Assembly: GCA_001776775.1 (NCBI GenBank)
Contig: MFDD01000006.1
Coordinates: 2,191 to 53,000, forward strand
Length of the DNA stretch: 50,810 nt
Source of the DNA: Candidatus Daviesbacteria bacterium RIFCSPHIGHO2_02_FULL_43_12
Lineage (GTDB): Bacteria; Patescibacteriota; Microgenomatia; Daviesbacterales; UBA10151
Reading direction: 5' to 3'
Shown here: positions 38,342 to 47,421 of the stretch, in pieces
Layout of the letters: the number at the start of each line of letters is the position of its first letter
How positions within the stretch are numbered: position 1 is the first letter of the stretch
Translations under genes and position numbers: made by a program
The notes under the pieces: model-generated
Told to the model about the DNA's origin: nothing
Database searches by the model: none
Seen by the model: the letters and a program-made list of their open reading frames with translations, nothing else

Positions 38342-40111
38342 ATGGGTAAAAAGTCACGCTTAAAAAAACTGCAAAAGATAAAACAAACTGCTCAGACTAT
38401 TAAATCTCCTAAACCAAATGACTATACTAAAATAATTACTTACTGTGTCTATGGATTAACTTTCATAGCTATTTTTTATCTCAGCTTCCTTATCCTAAAA
38501 CCAGGCATCCCTGCCGGACACGATATCGCCGCTCACTATAGCCGAGCCAAAATGGTTTATGAAGCCATCACCCAAGGTCAATTTCCCGTTCGTTGGGTGG
38601 AGTGGACTTACAATGGCGCTAGCATACCATTATTCAACTTCTACCAATCTGGCTTTTATTATCTGGTCTTTGCTCTACACTTGTTGATCCCCTCTTTCGT
38701 CCTATCCATAAAGATCCTGGTGATCCTGCTCTGGTGGCTCGGAGCTGGCTTTATGTTTTTATTCATGAAGCGTTTTGGTTCTTTCTCAGCGATGGTATCC
38801 GCTCTTGTTTTTAGCTTTACACCGTATATTATTAGCGACGTCTTTGTCCGGGCAGCTTATCCGGAGTTTATGGCAATTACTTTCGCCATTGGACTGCTCT
38901 GGGCATTGGACAGGCTGGTTGTCACTCAAAATAAGATCTTTATCTTACTTGGCGCGGTGAATTTAGGGTTAGTAATTATTAGCCACTTACCTACTCTATT
39001 AATCCTCTCTCCCGTGATCGGTTTATACTTACTTACCGGATGTTTTCGATACTTAAATTTTAAGACCATTAAACTAATTTTAATCACTCTTTTTCTTGGG
39101 ATTGGTTTAGCCAGTTTCTATCTGTTGCCAGCTATGGCAGAGATGAACTTAATCCAGTCTGAACTCTTAACTACTGATTATTACGATTTTCATCGCCACT
39201 TCGCTTATTTTAGTCAACTTATTTATTCCCCCTGGGGATATGGTATCTCTGATGCAGGCTCAAATGACGGGATGAGCTTTCAGTTCGGAGCCTTGCAGTG
39301 GCTAATCATCGGTCTAACTGTGCTTACTTTAATTATCTTTAAAGCTCTCCGCAAAAATTTGCCTCACCGAGGGCTGCTGACTTTTTGGTTACTGATGATA
39401 CCTCCGGCGGTTTTTTTGATGACGAGTTCTTCGATCTATTTTTGGGAAAATTTTAAGTTTATCAGCTTTATTCAGTATCCCTGGCGTTATTTAATGATCG
39501 TTGCACTATCCTGTAGCTGTCTGGCTGGTTTACTGATTAGCTTGACTGGTGATTTAAGAATCAAGGCCGCTTTGGTAGTAGCCATGATCGCCGCTGTCTT
39601 TGTGTTCTATGGCCCGTATCTACATCCTTCTATAGAGTTGCCTGAGGAATTTTTTAAGATCGATTCGCCTGACTGGAAACAGAGCGAAGGTATGGTCAAG
39701 TATTCCTACTTAGAAAAAGGCTACCTCCCTAAAGGGGTCAGTGAACTAGCTCAGTCAAAAGACATCCCAAGATATCAAATTATCTCGGGTTCAGGCACAA
39801 TTCAAGAAAAAGTTGCTAATTATCACCAGTTTAAATTGGCAACTGAGTCCGATGGTCCATTTGGTTTGCTTATTAACACCCATAATTTTCCAGGATGGAA
39901 GGCTTTTATCGACCACCAAGAAGCTAGAATTGACTCAAATAACTCTTTTGGGTTTATGAACATCATTATCCCGCCAGGTATACATGAGGTTGAAATTATA
40001 TTTACCAATACTCCTATTAGGTCGTTGGCTAATAGTATCTCGCTAGTTACTTTTAGCGGTTTATTGGCGGCCACTTTTTGGTTTAGTTATAAAAAACTGC
40101 TTGCTTTCTGA
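38342..40111 (+). CDS. PTPS-related/YfhO-like membrane protein (GT-C superfamily)
   Basis: GHD...H, FPVRW, PLFNFY, QYPWRYL, FPGWKA. Confidence 0.75.
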   Translation: MGKKSRLKKLQKIKQTAQTIKSPKPNDYTKIITYCVYGLTFIAIFYLSFLILKPGIPAGHDIAAHYSRAKMVYEAITQGQFPVRWVEWTYNGASIPLFNFYQSGFYYLVFALHLLIPSFVLSIKILVILLWWLGAGFMFLFMKRFGSFSAMVSALVFSFTPYIISDVFVRAAYPEFMAITFAIGLLWALDRLVVTQNKIFILLGAVNLGLVIISHLPTLLILSPVIGLYLLTGCFRYLNFKTIKLILITLFLGIGLASFYLLPAMAEMNLIQSELLTTDYYDFHRHFAYFSQLIYSPWGYGISDAGSNDGMSFQFGALQWLIIGLTVLTLIIFKALRKNLPHRGLLTFWLLMIPPAVFLMTSSSIYFWENFKFISFIQYPWRYLMIVALSCSCLAGLLISLTGDLRIKAALVVAMIAAVFVFYGPYLHPSIELPEEFFKIDSPDWKQSEGMVKYSYLEKGYLPKGVSELAQSKDIPRYQIISGSGTIQEKVANYHQFKLATESDGPFGLLINTHNFPGWKAFIDHQEARIDSNNSFGFMNIIIPPGIHEVEIIFTNTPIRSLANSISLVTFSGLLAATFWFSYKKLLAF

Positions 40112-40177
40112 ATACCTCTGATCTATTTAGGGTATCTTGTGAGGGGGTAGCAGATTGAGTATAGTGGAGACCTGTAT

Positions 40178-41194
40178 ATGTTTAAATTCTCCAAACGAAT
40201 CGGTATAGATCTTGGTACTGCTAACTCCCTGGTTTATCTGGCTGGAACTGGTATTGTGATGAACGAACCGACAGTTGTGGCCGTTTCTACCGATGATAAT
40301 CGGGTGTTAGCTGTCGGCAATGAAGCTAAGGAGATGCTGGGCCGCACCCCCGGCAATATTCAAGCAACCCGACCAATGAGGGATGGGGTGATCGCCGATT
40401 ATGTCATTACTGAGGCCATGCTGCGCTACTTTATTGATAAGGTCTGTGGCTCTACCCGCTTCTTTAAGCCGGAAGTCATGGTCTGCGTTCCGGCGGGCGT
40501 CACCTCGGTTGAAAGAAGAGCTGTTCTAGACGCCACACTTAGTGCTGGGGCTAAAACCGCCTTTCTGATCGATGAACCACTGGCAGCCGCAATTGGGGCC
40601 AATATACCAATTGCCAACCCTTCTGGGAATATGATTGTCGACATCGGTGGCGGCACCGCCGAGGCAGCGGTGATCTGCTTGGGTGGGGTGGTTGTGCATA
40701 GCTCCGCTCGGGTTGGCGGGAATAAGATTGATGAGGCCATTATAAACCTTGTCCGTAAGAGATTTGGCTTGATGATCGGTGACCATCAAGCAGAAGAGGT
40801 AAAAATCCAGATTGGCATCGCTACCCTTCCTAAAAAAAATGAGGTCAAAGAGATGGAGGTCCGGGGCCGGGACGCCAGTACGGGCTTACCCAAAACCATT
40901 AGCATTAATTCTTTTGATGTTAATGAAGCTATCTCCGATGTCTTAAAAAAGATTATTGGTGCAGTTAAGGGAGTTTTGGAACAAACCCCTCCTGAGCTAG
41001 CCTCGGACATTATCGATAAAGGGATTGTCATGTCCGGAGGAACCTCTCAGTTACATAATTTGGATAAGCTTATGACCGAACAAACCGGTGTTCCCTGTCA
41101 CCTGGCGGAAAACCCGTTGTATTGTGTTGCCTTAGGGACCGGACTGGCCCTAGAAAATCTTGACTTATACAAAAGATCCGTGAGCAAGAGATAG
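40178..41194 (+). CDS. mreB: Rod shape-determining protein MreB
   Basis: IGIDLGTAN, RPMRDGVIAD, EPLAAAIGA, DIGGGT, TPPELASDI. Confidence 0.97.
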   Translation: MFKFSKRIGIDLGTANSLVYLAGTGIVMNEPTVVAVSTDDNRVLAVGNEAKEMLGRTPGNIQATRPMRDGVIADYVITEAMLRYFIDKVCGSTRFFKPEVMVCVPAGVTSVERRAVLDATLSAGAKTAFLIDEPLAAAIGANIPIANPSGNMIVDIGGGTAEAAVICLGGVVVHSSARVGGNKIDEAIINLVRKRFGLMIGDHQAEEVKIQIGIATLPKKNEVKEMEVRGRDASTGLPKTISINSFDVNEAISDVLKKIIGAVKGVLEQTPPELASDIIDKGIVMSGGTSQLHNLDKLMTEQTGVPCHLAENPLYCVALGTGLALENLDLYKRSVSKR

Positions 41195-41222
41195 AATTAA
41201 GTAATAATAGTAAAGCTTTATT

Positions 41223-42440
41223 CTATTTGAGGTTCAGGCCGTAAAGATTCGGCTGGGAAGCAGTTGGAGTGGGAATGGAAGAAACAATAATCAACCTGGA
41301 CCCATCCGGCCAGGAAAAGACAGAATCAGCTTCGACTTTACCGGCATAAAGTATTGATGTATTCGTGCCATCATATTCTAAGACAGAAATTGTGCCGTTT
41401 AAAAGCTCTGCTTCGGCCACATTTTTACCAGTGTTAGGAGAACCAGCGGGAGTGGGTGAAACAACCGGACCGGAAGTAACCTCGGTCAGTATCAGGTGCC
41501 TGGAATCCGCTAACCACATATAGGGTGTGGCTCTGCCCTCTTTAACATTAATCTCCGACAGGTCAAAAGACTTCCGCTCGGTCAGGTCAATGACTTTAAA
41601 TGAGGTCTCCCCGTCTCGAGAATACAAAAGCTTTGTTTCGTCTGGTGACCATTTTAGATAAGCGGCTTCGGAAGCCTCTCGGCGCATAGTTAAATCTTTA
41701 AGAGCTAGGACTCGGGAAGCAGTGGTGGTGGCCATATCCTGATCCCAAGTGGAAAGAGTGGCTTTAAGTATAGCGGTAATATCTTTGGGGGGGTCATTAA
41801 GACGATTAGCGTCCAATAATAAATTCTTATCCGGCAGACTGACCAGTAGCTGATTTGAATCCGGAGCCCAACGGAAAGAGGCTTTAGTCAGGTCAAGACC
41901 AGTCACCGCTGCCAAAATTTGATGCGGCTCCCTGCCTCTGGCAAAGGCAATTGGTTGCTCTTTCATATCCCAGACCCAGATACCACCCTTCTTGATAGAT
42001 AAAGGATTTGTCTCTCCTTCACCCGGAACCAAAAAAGCCACTCTCTGGTTATCTGGCGAGATGGTCAGATTAAGAGCCCCATTAAAGCTTAGGGGGTAGA
42101 TAGATGGAATGGCGGGAAAAAGAGTTGCTTTAACCTCGGTGACTAAACCCTGTTTAATCTCGATTTTTTTCTGCCAAGGAATAAAACCATCTTTGACAAT
42201 CTTAATCTCATAGAAGCGAGGCTCAAGAGAATTGACATTAGCATTGGTCGCAGTTGTTAGGTGTCCGTCAATATAGACCGAAGCCTGGTCAGGAGTAGAG
42301 GTCAGAGAAAGTATCCCTGTACCAAAGATAGTTTTGTTTTCTGGAGACAACCGATACCCCTTAGCCAAAAACACGGCTGCTGCTGCCAATCCACCTAAAA
42401 TAAGGAGGGTAACCAGGGTGAGTAAAAAGCGCTTACGCAT
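41223..42440 (-). CDS. PEGA domain protein with C-terminal beta-propeller (TolB-like)
   Basis: TM; GILSLTSTPDQASVYIDG...KDGFIPW; SPDN/WAPD/WSPD/WPDG blade motifs. Confidence 0.8.
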   Translation of the reverse strand: MRKRFLLTLVTLLILGGLAAAAVFLAKGYRLSPENKTIFGTGILSLTSTPDQASVYIDGHLTTATNANVNSLEPRFYEIKIVKDGFIPWQKKIEIKQGLVTEVKATLFPAIPSIYPLSFNGALNLTISPDNQRVAFLVPGEGETNPLSIKKGGIWVWDMKEQPIAFARGREPHQILAAVTGLDLTKASFRWAPDSNQLLVSLPDKNLLLDANRLNDPPKDITAILKATLSTWDQDMATTTASRVLALKDLTMRREASEAAYLKWSPDETKLLYSRDGETSFKVIDLTERKSFDLSEINVKEGRATPYMWLADSRHLILTEVTSGPVVSPTPAGSPNTGKNVAEAELLNGTISVLEYDGTNTSILYAGKVEADSVFSWPDGSRLIIVSSIPTPTASQPNLYGLNLK

Positions 42441-42479
42441 GTCTATGTATTGTACCGCATATTAGTAACGGGTAACAAG

Positions 42480-43199
42480 CTAGAATCCTTCTAATTTAGC
42501 TCTGACTATTAACCGATTGAGGAGTGTACCTGGCGGATCACAGGTCTGGAGTGTCAGGACTGGTTGGTCGTAGCGGTTTCTCAAAAAATCCAAGTCACTC
42601 GGACTGGCAATTTGCTTATCATAGACGATGTAGTCAAACCTGCGTCCTTTATAAAACATCACGACTCTATCCCCTAGCTCAAGCTCACGCAATAGATAAA
42701 AGATGGCATTGAAACGGATGATATTCCAAGGAGCATCAGTGGAGTGGGAAAAGATATATAAATTGCCAGGCTCTCCGGGAACTGTCGAACCGGCAACTGC
42801 GGCAACTCCCTGGGCCAGAGCGCTAGTATAGGACTTCTCGTCTGAAGGGTTAACATTAGGAACTACTTTGGCATTAGCATTGATCTTTTCAATCACGATG
42901 CCATAATCGGCTGAAACCGGGGTGATTGTTTGGGGAGCCAGATTCAGGAAACTTCCAAACTTGGCTTGAGGGCTAGACTGAGGCAGCACCACAGACCCGG
43001 TTGAGGAAGTAGCGGGTTGATCAATCGAGGTATCAAGATCAACAGTTCGAGAAATCCCTAAAATCTGATCTTTCCGAAAAGTGGCCTCGGCTAAAATAAC
43101 CGGTCCAAATTCAAAAGCCAGCGAAACCAAGGCGACAATCACTACAAAATTAGAAAGAGTCCGGATAGCCAGTACTATTTTAAAACGTTTTGAAGCCAT
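42480..43199 (-). CDS. Sortase
   Basis: N-terminal TM; GNLYIFSHS, LTLQTC, downstream catalytic Arg (NRLIV). Confidence 0.9.
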   Translation of the reverse strand: MASKRFKIVLAIRTLSNFVVIVALVSLAFEFGPVILAEATFRKDQILGISRTVDLDTSIDQPATSSTGSVVLPQSSPQAKFGSFLNLAPQTITPVSADYGIVIEKINANAKVVPNVNPSDEKSYTSALAQGVAAVAGSTVPGEPGNLYIFSHSTDAPWNIIRFNAIFYLLRELELGDRVVMFYKGRRFDYIVYDKQIASPSDLDFLRNRYDQPVLTLQTCDPPGTLLNRLIVRAKLEGF

Positions 43200-43311
43200 A
43201 TCACTAGTTTATAGTTTACGGTTCATAGTTCATAGTAGCTAAAAAGTGAGTTTACAGGATATCCTTTGTCTGACTATTAACCATCGACTATTAACCATGA
43301 ACTATTTTGTG

Positions 43312-43384
43312 TGACCCTGGAGGGACTTGCACCCCCGACCAACCCCTTAGGACGGGGCTGCTCTATCTACTGAGCTACAGGGCC
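43312..43384 (-). tRNA. tRNA-Arg(CCU), CCA not encoded
   Basis: GGCCCUG/CAGGGUC acceptor; UAGCUCAG D arm; anticodon loop GUCCUAA; upstream TGcTAGAAT. Confidence 0.9.
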
Positions 43385-43433
43385 TGGGAGTATTCTAGCA
43401 TTTATCACTTCTTAAGGATATAATTTGACAGCT

Positions 43434-43508
43434 CAGGGTGTAGCTCAGTTGGTAGAGCGCTCGTTTCGGGTGCGAGAGGTTTCGGCAGTTCAAATCTGCC
43501 CACCCTGA
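43434..43508 (+). tRNA. tRNA-Pro(CGG), CCA not encoded
   Basis: CAGGGUG/CACCCUG acceptor; anticodon loop UUCGGGU; GUUCAAAUC T loop; TATAAT upstream. Confidence 0.92.
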
Positions 43509-43861
43509 CTTATAGAACAGATAATCATTAAGGCGAATTAGATAGAGAAAATCACAAAAATTAATCTTTGTATAAATAGATATCTAAAAAATTAAGAGAT
43601 AAAAAGATTAGGCTTACACATCAACCTAATCTCCAGAGTAATAAATGTATACTAACTACTTAATTTTGGCGAAAAGTTTGATCACAAAATAGACTTTAGT
43701 TTTGGATATTTAAAACTTTTTTTTGGGGAGGTGATATATTTAGAAATAGTGGGGAAATTTAGCACTGAGTTTCTTCGTTTGCTAGAATATTGTTCGAGTG
43801 CAACCGAGAACTACTTGAGCTATTTTACTTCTCGCTAATCGCTCGAAGAATATTTCGGGGA

Positions 43862-44404
43862 TTAATCTCCAAACCAAAGTTCGATCTCCCGAGCAGCCTC
43901 CTCAATGGAGCCTGAAGCATGCACCAGATTTTGGATAGACCTTTTTTCAGCGTTAGCCGCGATGGCTGAATCAATCGCAAAATCTCCCCGAATCGTGCCT
44001 GGCAGAGCCACAGATGCGACTGTTGAACCGACCAGTTTACGTACAATCTCAATGGCGTGATTCCCCTCCCAGACCATGGCTAGAACAGGCCCAGACATCA
44101 GGTACTTAATATTAAACTGATGGATCATACGACCTATCTCCTTAGGGTCAGCTGTGCCTAAAGTAGCCATCGGATCCAGACCGTATTTTTGATAATCTCC
44201 CAAACTCTTACCCCCGACTGCCTCTAACCACTCATCAGTTACCGGATAATGATCCCTCGCTAACTGTTCGTTTGCCTGAGTGTATTTGGCATCTACCAGA
44301 TCAAGACCTACCTGCTCCAGGCGCTTGATGATCTCTCCGATTAAATGTCGGCGCATGCCATCTGGTTTAACAATCACTAAGGTTTTTTGGTTAAATTGAT
44401 TCAT
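43862..44404 (-). CDS. ndk: Nucleoside diphosphate kinase
   Basis: TLVIVKPDG, GPVLAMVWEG, PGTIRGDF, NLVHASGS. Confidence 0.96.
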   Translation of the reverse strand: MNQFNQKTLVIVKPDGMRRHLIGEIIKRLEQVGLDLVDAKYTQANEQLARDHYPVTDEWLEAVGGKSLGDYQKYGLDPMATLGTADPKEIGRMIHQFNIKYLMSGPVLAMVWEGNHAIEIVRKLVGSTVASVALPGTIRGDFAIDSAIAANAEKRSIQNLVHASGSIEEAAREIELWFGD

Positions 44405-44472
44405 AGTCTTCAGCTTTCAGTCTTCAGCTTTCAGATTAAGTAGTCTGATGACTGCTGTCTGACGACTGACAA

Positions 44473-45516
44473 CTATTTAATTTCTGTATCCTGGATATTG
44501 TAACTGCCACCTTCAAAAACGTCAACGAGCACAAGTCTTGGCTGCTGCAGATTGCGGGTCGAAGTAATTGCCCCGACTACTGTCATTTTTAGATTCGTGG
44601 AGGGCTCGGTGAAGTGCGAATAAAAGTGGGCATCTCCAGCAAAAACCTCTGCCACCTGAGCATTTTTGAATAGACCGATCAACTCTTCTGCCTGGGTTTT
44701 GAGCTTGGGATTAGTTTTACCCATCACATGATCAGAAGTGGGATGAAAGATAGGAATGCCCGCCATGATAAAAGTCAATTTCGACTTTTCTTCCTGAGCC
44801 AATTTTAGCTGTTCTTTGATCCACTCCATCTGGATACCATCGATTCCTAAATAGTTATCACTATTATAGAGCAGAATAAATCTTACTCCTGCTTTACTAA
44901 AACTCGCATAGGGTGAGCCGAAAACTTGGGTAAAATTGGTAGAAGGTGAACTATTTTTATCCCGCGAATCCCATAAATCATGGTCACCCGCTGTCAAATA
45001 ATAAGGTATATCTACTGTATCAAACTGCGCTTTAGTATTAACTAATTCATCAATTGTCCCCACATCCGAGTAGTCTCCTAAGCCAATCACAAAGGCCACC
45101 CCGCTATCCTTGGCCATCTTCAAAGCCTTAGTTAGATTAGCGTTGTCGTTATGCGAATCAGACACCACTGCAAAGGTAAATAATTTTGGCCCTTGGGGTG
45201 ACGGTGTCGGACTAGCCTCAGAATTCAAGTTGCCAGTCTTAGATTGAGATAGTAGGTCAGTAAAAAGACGCAGTGATGTCCGCGGGTCTACGGTCAAAAC
45301 CCCTTTAGCAACTTTTAGAAAGTCTTCTGAGGTAACCAGACTTCTTATATTTGGTAGTTCCGGTAATTTTATTGACTCTCCAGCAAAACGACCTAAAACA
45401 AAAAAGACGCCTAGACCAAATGTCGAGATCATTATCAGGCTCAAAAAAACCCTGACGATTCCTAGTGGTCCGCCCTGTCTTCGTTTTTTAGTTTCTTCTG
45501 AGTGACGTCCAAACAT
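44473..45516 (-). CDS. Membrane-anchored calcineurin-like metallophosphoesterase
   Basis: TM; SDSH, GLGD, GDHD, GDAH; start MFGRH. Confidence 0.88.
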   Translation of the reverse strand: MFGRHSEETKKRRQGGPLGIVRVFLSLIMISTFGLGVFFVLGRFAGESIKLPELPNIRSLVTSEDFLKVAKGVLTVDPRTSLRLFTDLLSQSKTGNLNSEASPTPSPQGPKLFTFAVVSDSHNDNANLTKALKMAKDSGVAFVIGLGDYSDVGTIDELVNTKAQFDTVDIPYYLTAGDHDLWDSRDKNSSPSTNFTQVFGSPYASFSKAGVRFILLYNSDNYLGIDGIQMEWIKEQLKLAQEEKSKLTFIMAGIPIFHPTSDHVMGKTNPKLKTQAEELIGLFKNAQVAEVFAGDAHFYSHFTEPSTNLKMTVVGAITSTRNLQQPRLVLVDVFEGGSYNIQDTEIK

Positions 45517-45526
45517 AATTTTCTCC

Positions 45527-47236
45527 CTACATCCTTTCTGGGGCTTCAATCCCCAACAGATATAGGCCAGATTTGATTGTATCAGTAACCCTTTCTGTTA
45601 GTTCTAGCCTAAAAGCTTCCTTGTCAGATTTGAGAATAGGACAGCGCTGATAAAAAAGATTAAAGGATTTTGCCAGGTCTAACAGATAAAAACAGAGGGT
45701 AGTTGAGCTAAGTTCTTGTGATGCTTTTTGAACTATAAGTGGGTAGTAAGTTAGTAGTCTGAGTACCTCCCGTTCTTCTTCTTGAAGATCTATGCCTTCC
45801 AGCTTTTCTTGACCCTTGACCTTTGACCCTTGACTCTGATTCCTTAACACCGACTGAGCCCTGGCATAGGTATACTGCACATAGGGACCAGAATCTCCCT
45901 CCAAGGATACCGACTTATCTATATCAAAAGATATATCAGTGGATGAAGCAAACTTTAACATATAAAACTTAACCGCCCCAACTGTCACCTGTTCGACAAT
46001 CTTCTCACCGTCTTCGCCTTTAATACTAGTTAGATCTGCGACTTTAGCTTTGACCATCTCCAGCAACTGCTCGGCAGTGACCACATTACCTTTACGCGAA
46101 GACATCTTGCCAGTTGTTAAGCTGACCAAGCCGTAAGATAGGTGCTTTTTCCTGCCTTTAAACCGCTCGTCAACCAACTCGATAGCCTTTAAAACCACTT
46201 CAAAATACCCCGATTGTTCAGATCCGACGATATGTAAGGCGATATCAAAGGGAAAAGCCTGTTCTTCAGCGAAAGCCAACCCTACCTCTTTGGCTTCATA
46301 GGTCGGATTACCAGCAGAAGTGATGAATACCCGACTATGTAGGCCATACTTCTCACCTGGAAAGATCACCGCTCCTTGACTCTCTTCAAAAACTCGACCG
46401 ACATTTTGCAAAACAATCTCTTTACCTCGCTTTTCGACCTCAGACTCCAGAAAAGAGTTATCAAAACTAGTCCCCATGCGGGTATAGAGTGTTTTTAAAT
46501 ACTCCAAGCTCCAGTTGGTGACTAGCTTCCAGAGTTCTACATACTCTAGGGAGCGCTGATAGATCTTTTTATTTAGGGTGTCTATCTCGGTTTTTTTAGC
46601 TGGGTCTTCCTCATAAGCTGAGTTGGCATGGACATAGGCCAGACCAAGAAATTTGAGTCTTTCGACTAAGCTTTTTTGCTTAGCCTCTTCAAACTGGTCT
46701 TGAAGGTTTATCACTCCCCAGAGAGTCTTTGCTAGAGGCAACCCTATATCTGAGCTGTAGGTAGCCCGGTAAACTTCATGACCGGCATTTTCCAGGAATC
46801 TCGCTAAAGCTTCTCCGAAGATCAGGTTCCTTAAATGGCCAATATGAAATTCCTTACTTAAGTTGGGTCCAGCGTATTCAACAAAATATTTTAGCTTATG
46901 TCCTCTACTATCCTTTATTTGCCGTTTGTCATCTACCATTCCTGAACGCAGTATCTGGTCTTTGATAAAAAAATTAATAAATCCAGGCCCCGCTACTTCG
47001 ACCCTGTCTACATACCGTGAACCGTGAACCGTGAACTCCTGACTAATAGCATTAGCAATCTCTTTAGGTGATTGATAGCGTTTACCGGCATCTTGATTAG
47101 ATAGCTGTAACGCTATATTGGTGGAGAAATCCCCAAACTTAGAGTTCTCGGGAAAGCTTAATTCTATCTTTTTAGCCGAAAATCCCAATTTTTCAACTGC
47201 TTTCTGTAAATCTTGCTCAAGTTGGAGGTAGATCAT
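45527..47236 (-). CDS. argS: Arginine--tRNA ligase
   Basis: FGDFSTNIA, GPGFINF, HIGH, KMSSRKG, GPYVQYTYAR, LGIEAPERM; start MIYLQ preferred (alternative 47314). Confidence 0.96.
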   Translation of the reverse strand: MIYLQLEQDLQKAVEKLGFSAKKIELSFPENSKFGDFSTNIALQLSNQDAGKRYQSPKEIANAISQEFTVHGSRYVDRVEVAGPGFINFFIKDQILRSGMVDDKRQIKDSRGHKLKYFVEYAGPNLSKEFHIGHLRNLIFGEALARFLENAGHEVYRATYSSDIGLPLAKTLWGVINLQDQFEEAKQKSLVERLKFLGLAYVHANSAYEEDPAKKTEIDTLNKKIYQRSLEYVELWKLVTNWSLEYLKTLYTRMGTSFDNSFLESEVEKRGKEIVLQNVGRVFEESQGAVIFPGEKYGLHSRVFITSAGNPTYEAKEVGLAFAEEQAFPFDIALHIVGSEQSGYFEVVLKAIELVDERFKGRKKHLSYGLVSLTTGKMSSRKGNVVTAEQLLEMVKAKVADLTSIKGEDGEKIVEQVTVGAVKFYMLKFASSTDISFDIDKSVSLEGDSGPYVQYTYARAQSVLRNQSQGSKVKGQEKLEGIDLQEEEREVLRLLTYYPLIVQKASQELSSTTLCFYLLDLAKSFNLFYQRCPILKSDKEAFRLELTERVTDTIKSGLYLLGIEAPERM

Positions 47237-47421
47237 AGTAGTTTTAAGTTTATCATAAATTGAGTCAACCACCTTCTCTGCAAAAGGGTCTGTTGGTAGA
47301 AAATTCTGCTGCATCTATATCCAGCGATGAATCAATTTAATTAATTATGTTAACCAAAACACTATCCAGACTATTCAAAACATATCGTAACATATCACGA
47401 ATTAATTGATAACTAATTTGG

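Noticed and set aside
42480-43199. Giant protein as the sortase substrate
   Set aside because: The giant protein ends in SH3b with no LPxTG-TM-basic tail; I saw no clear sorting signal in the window.
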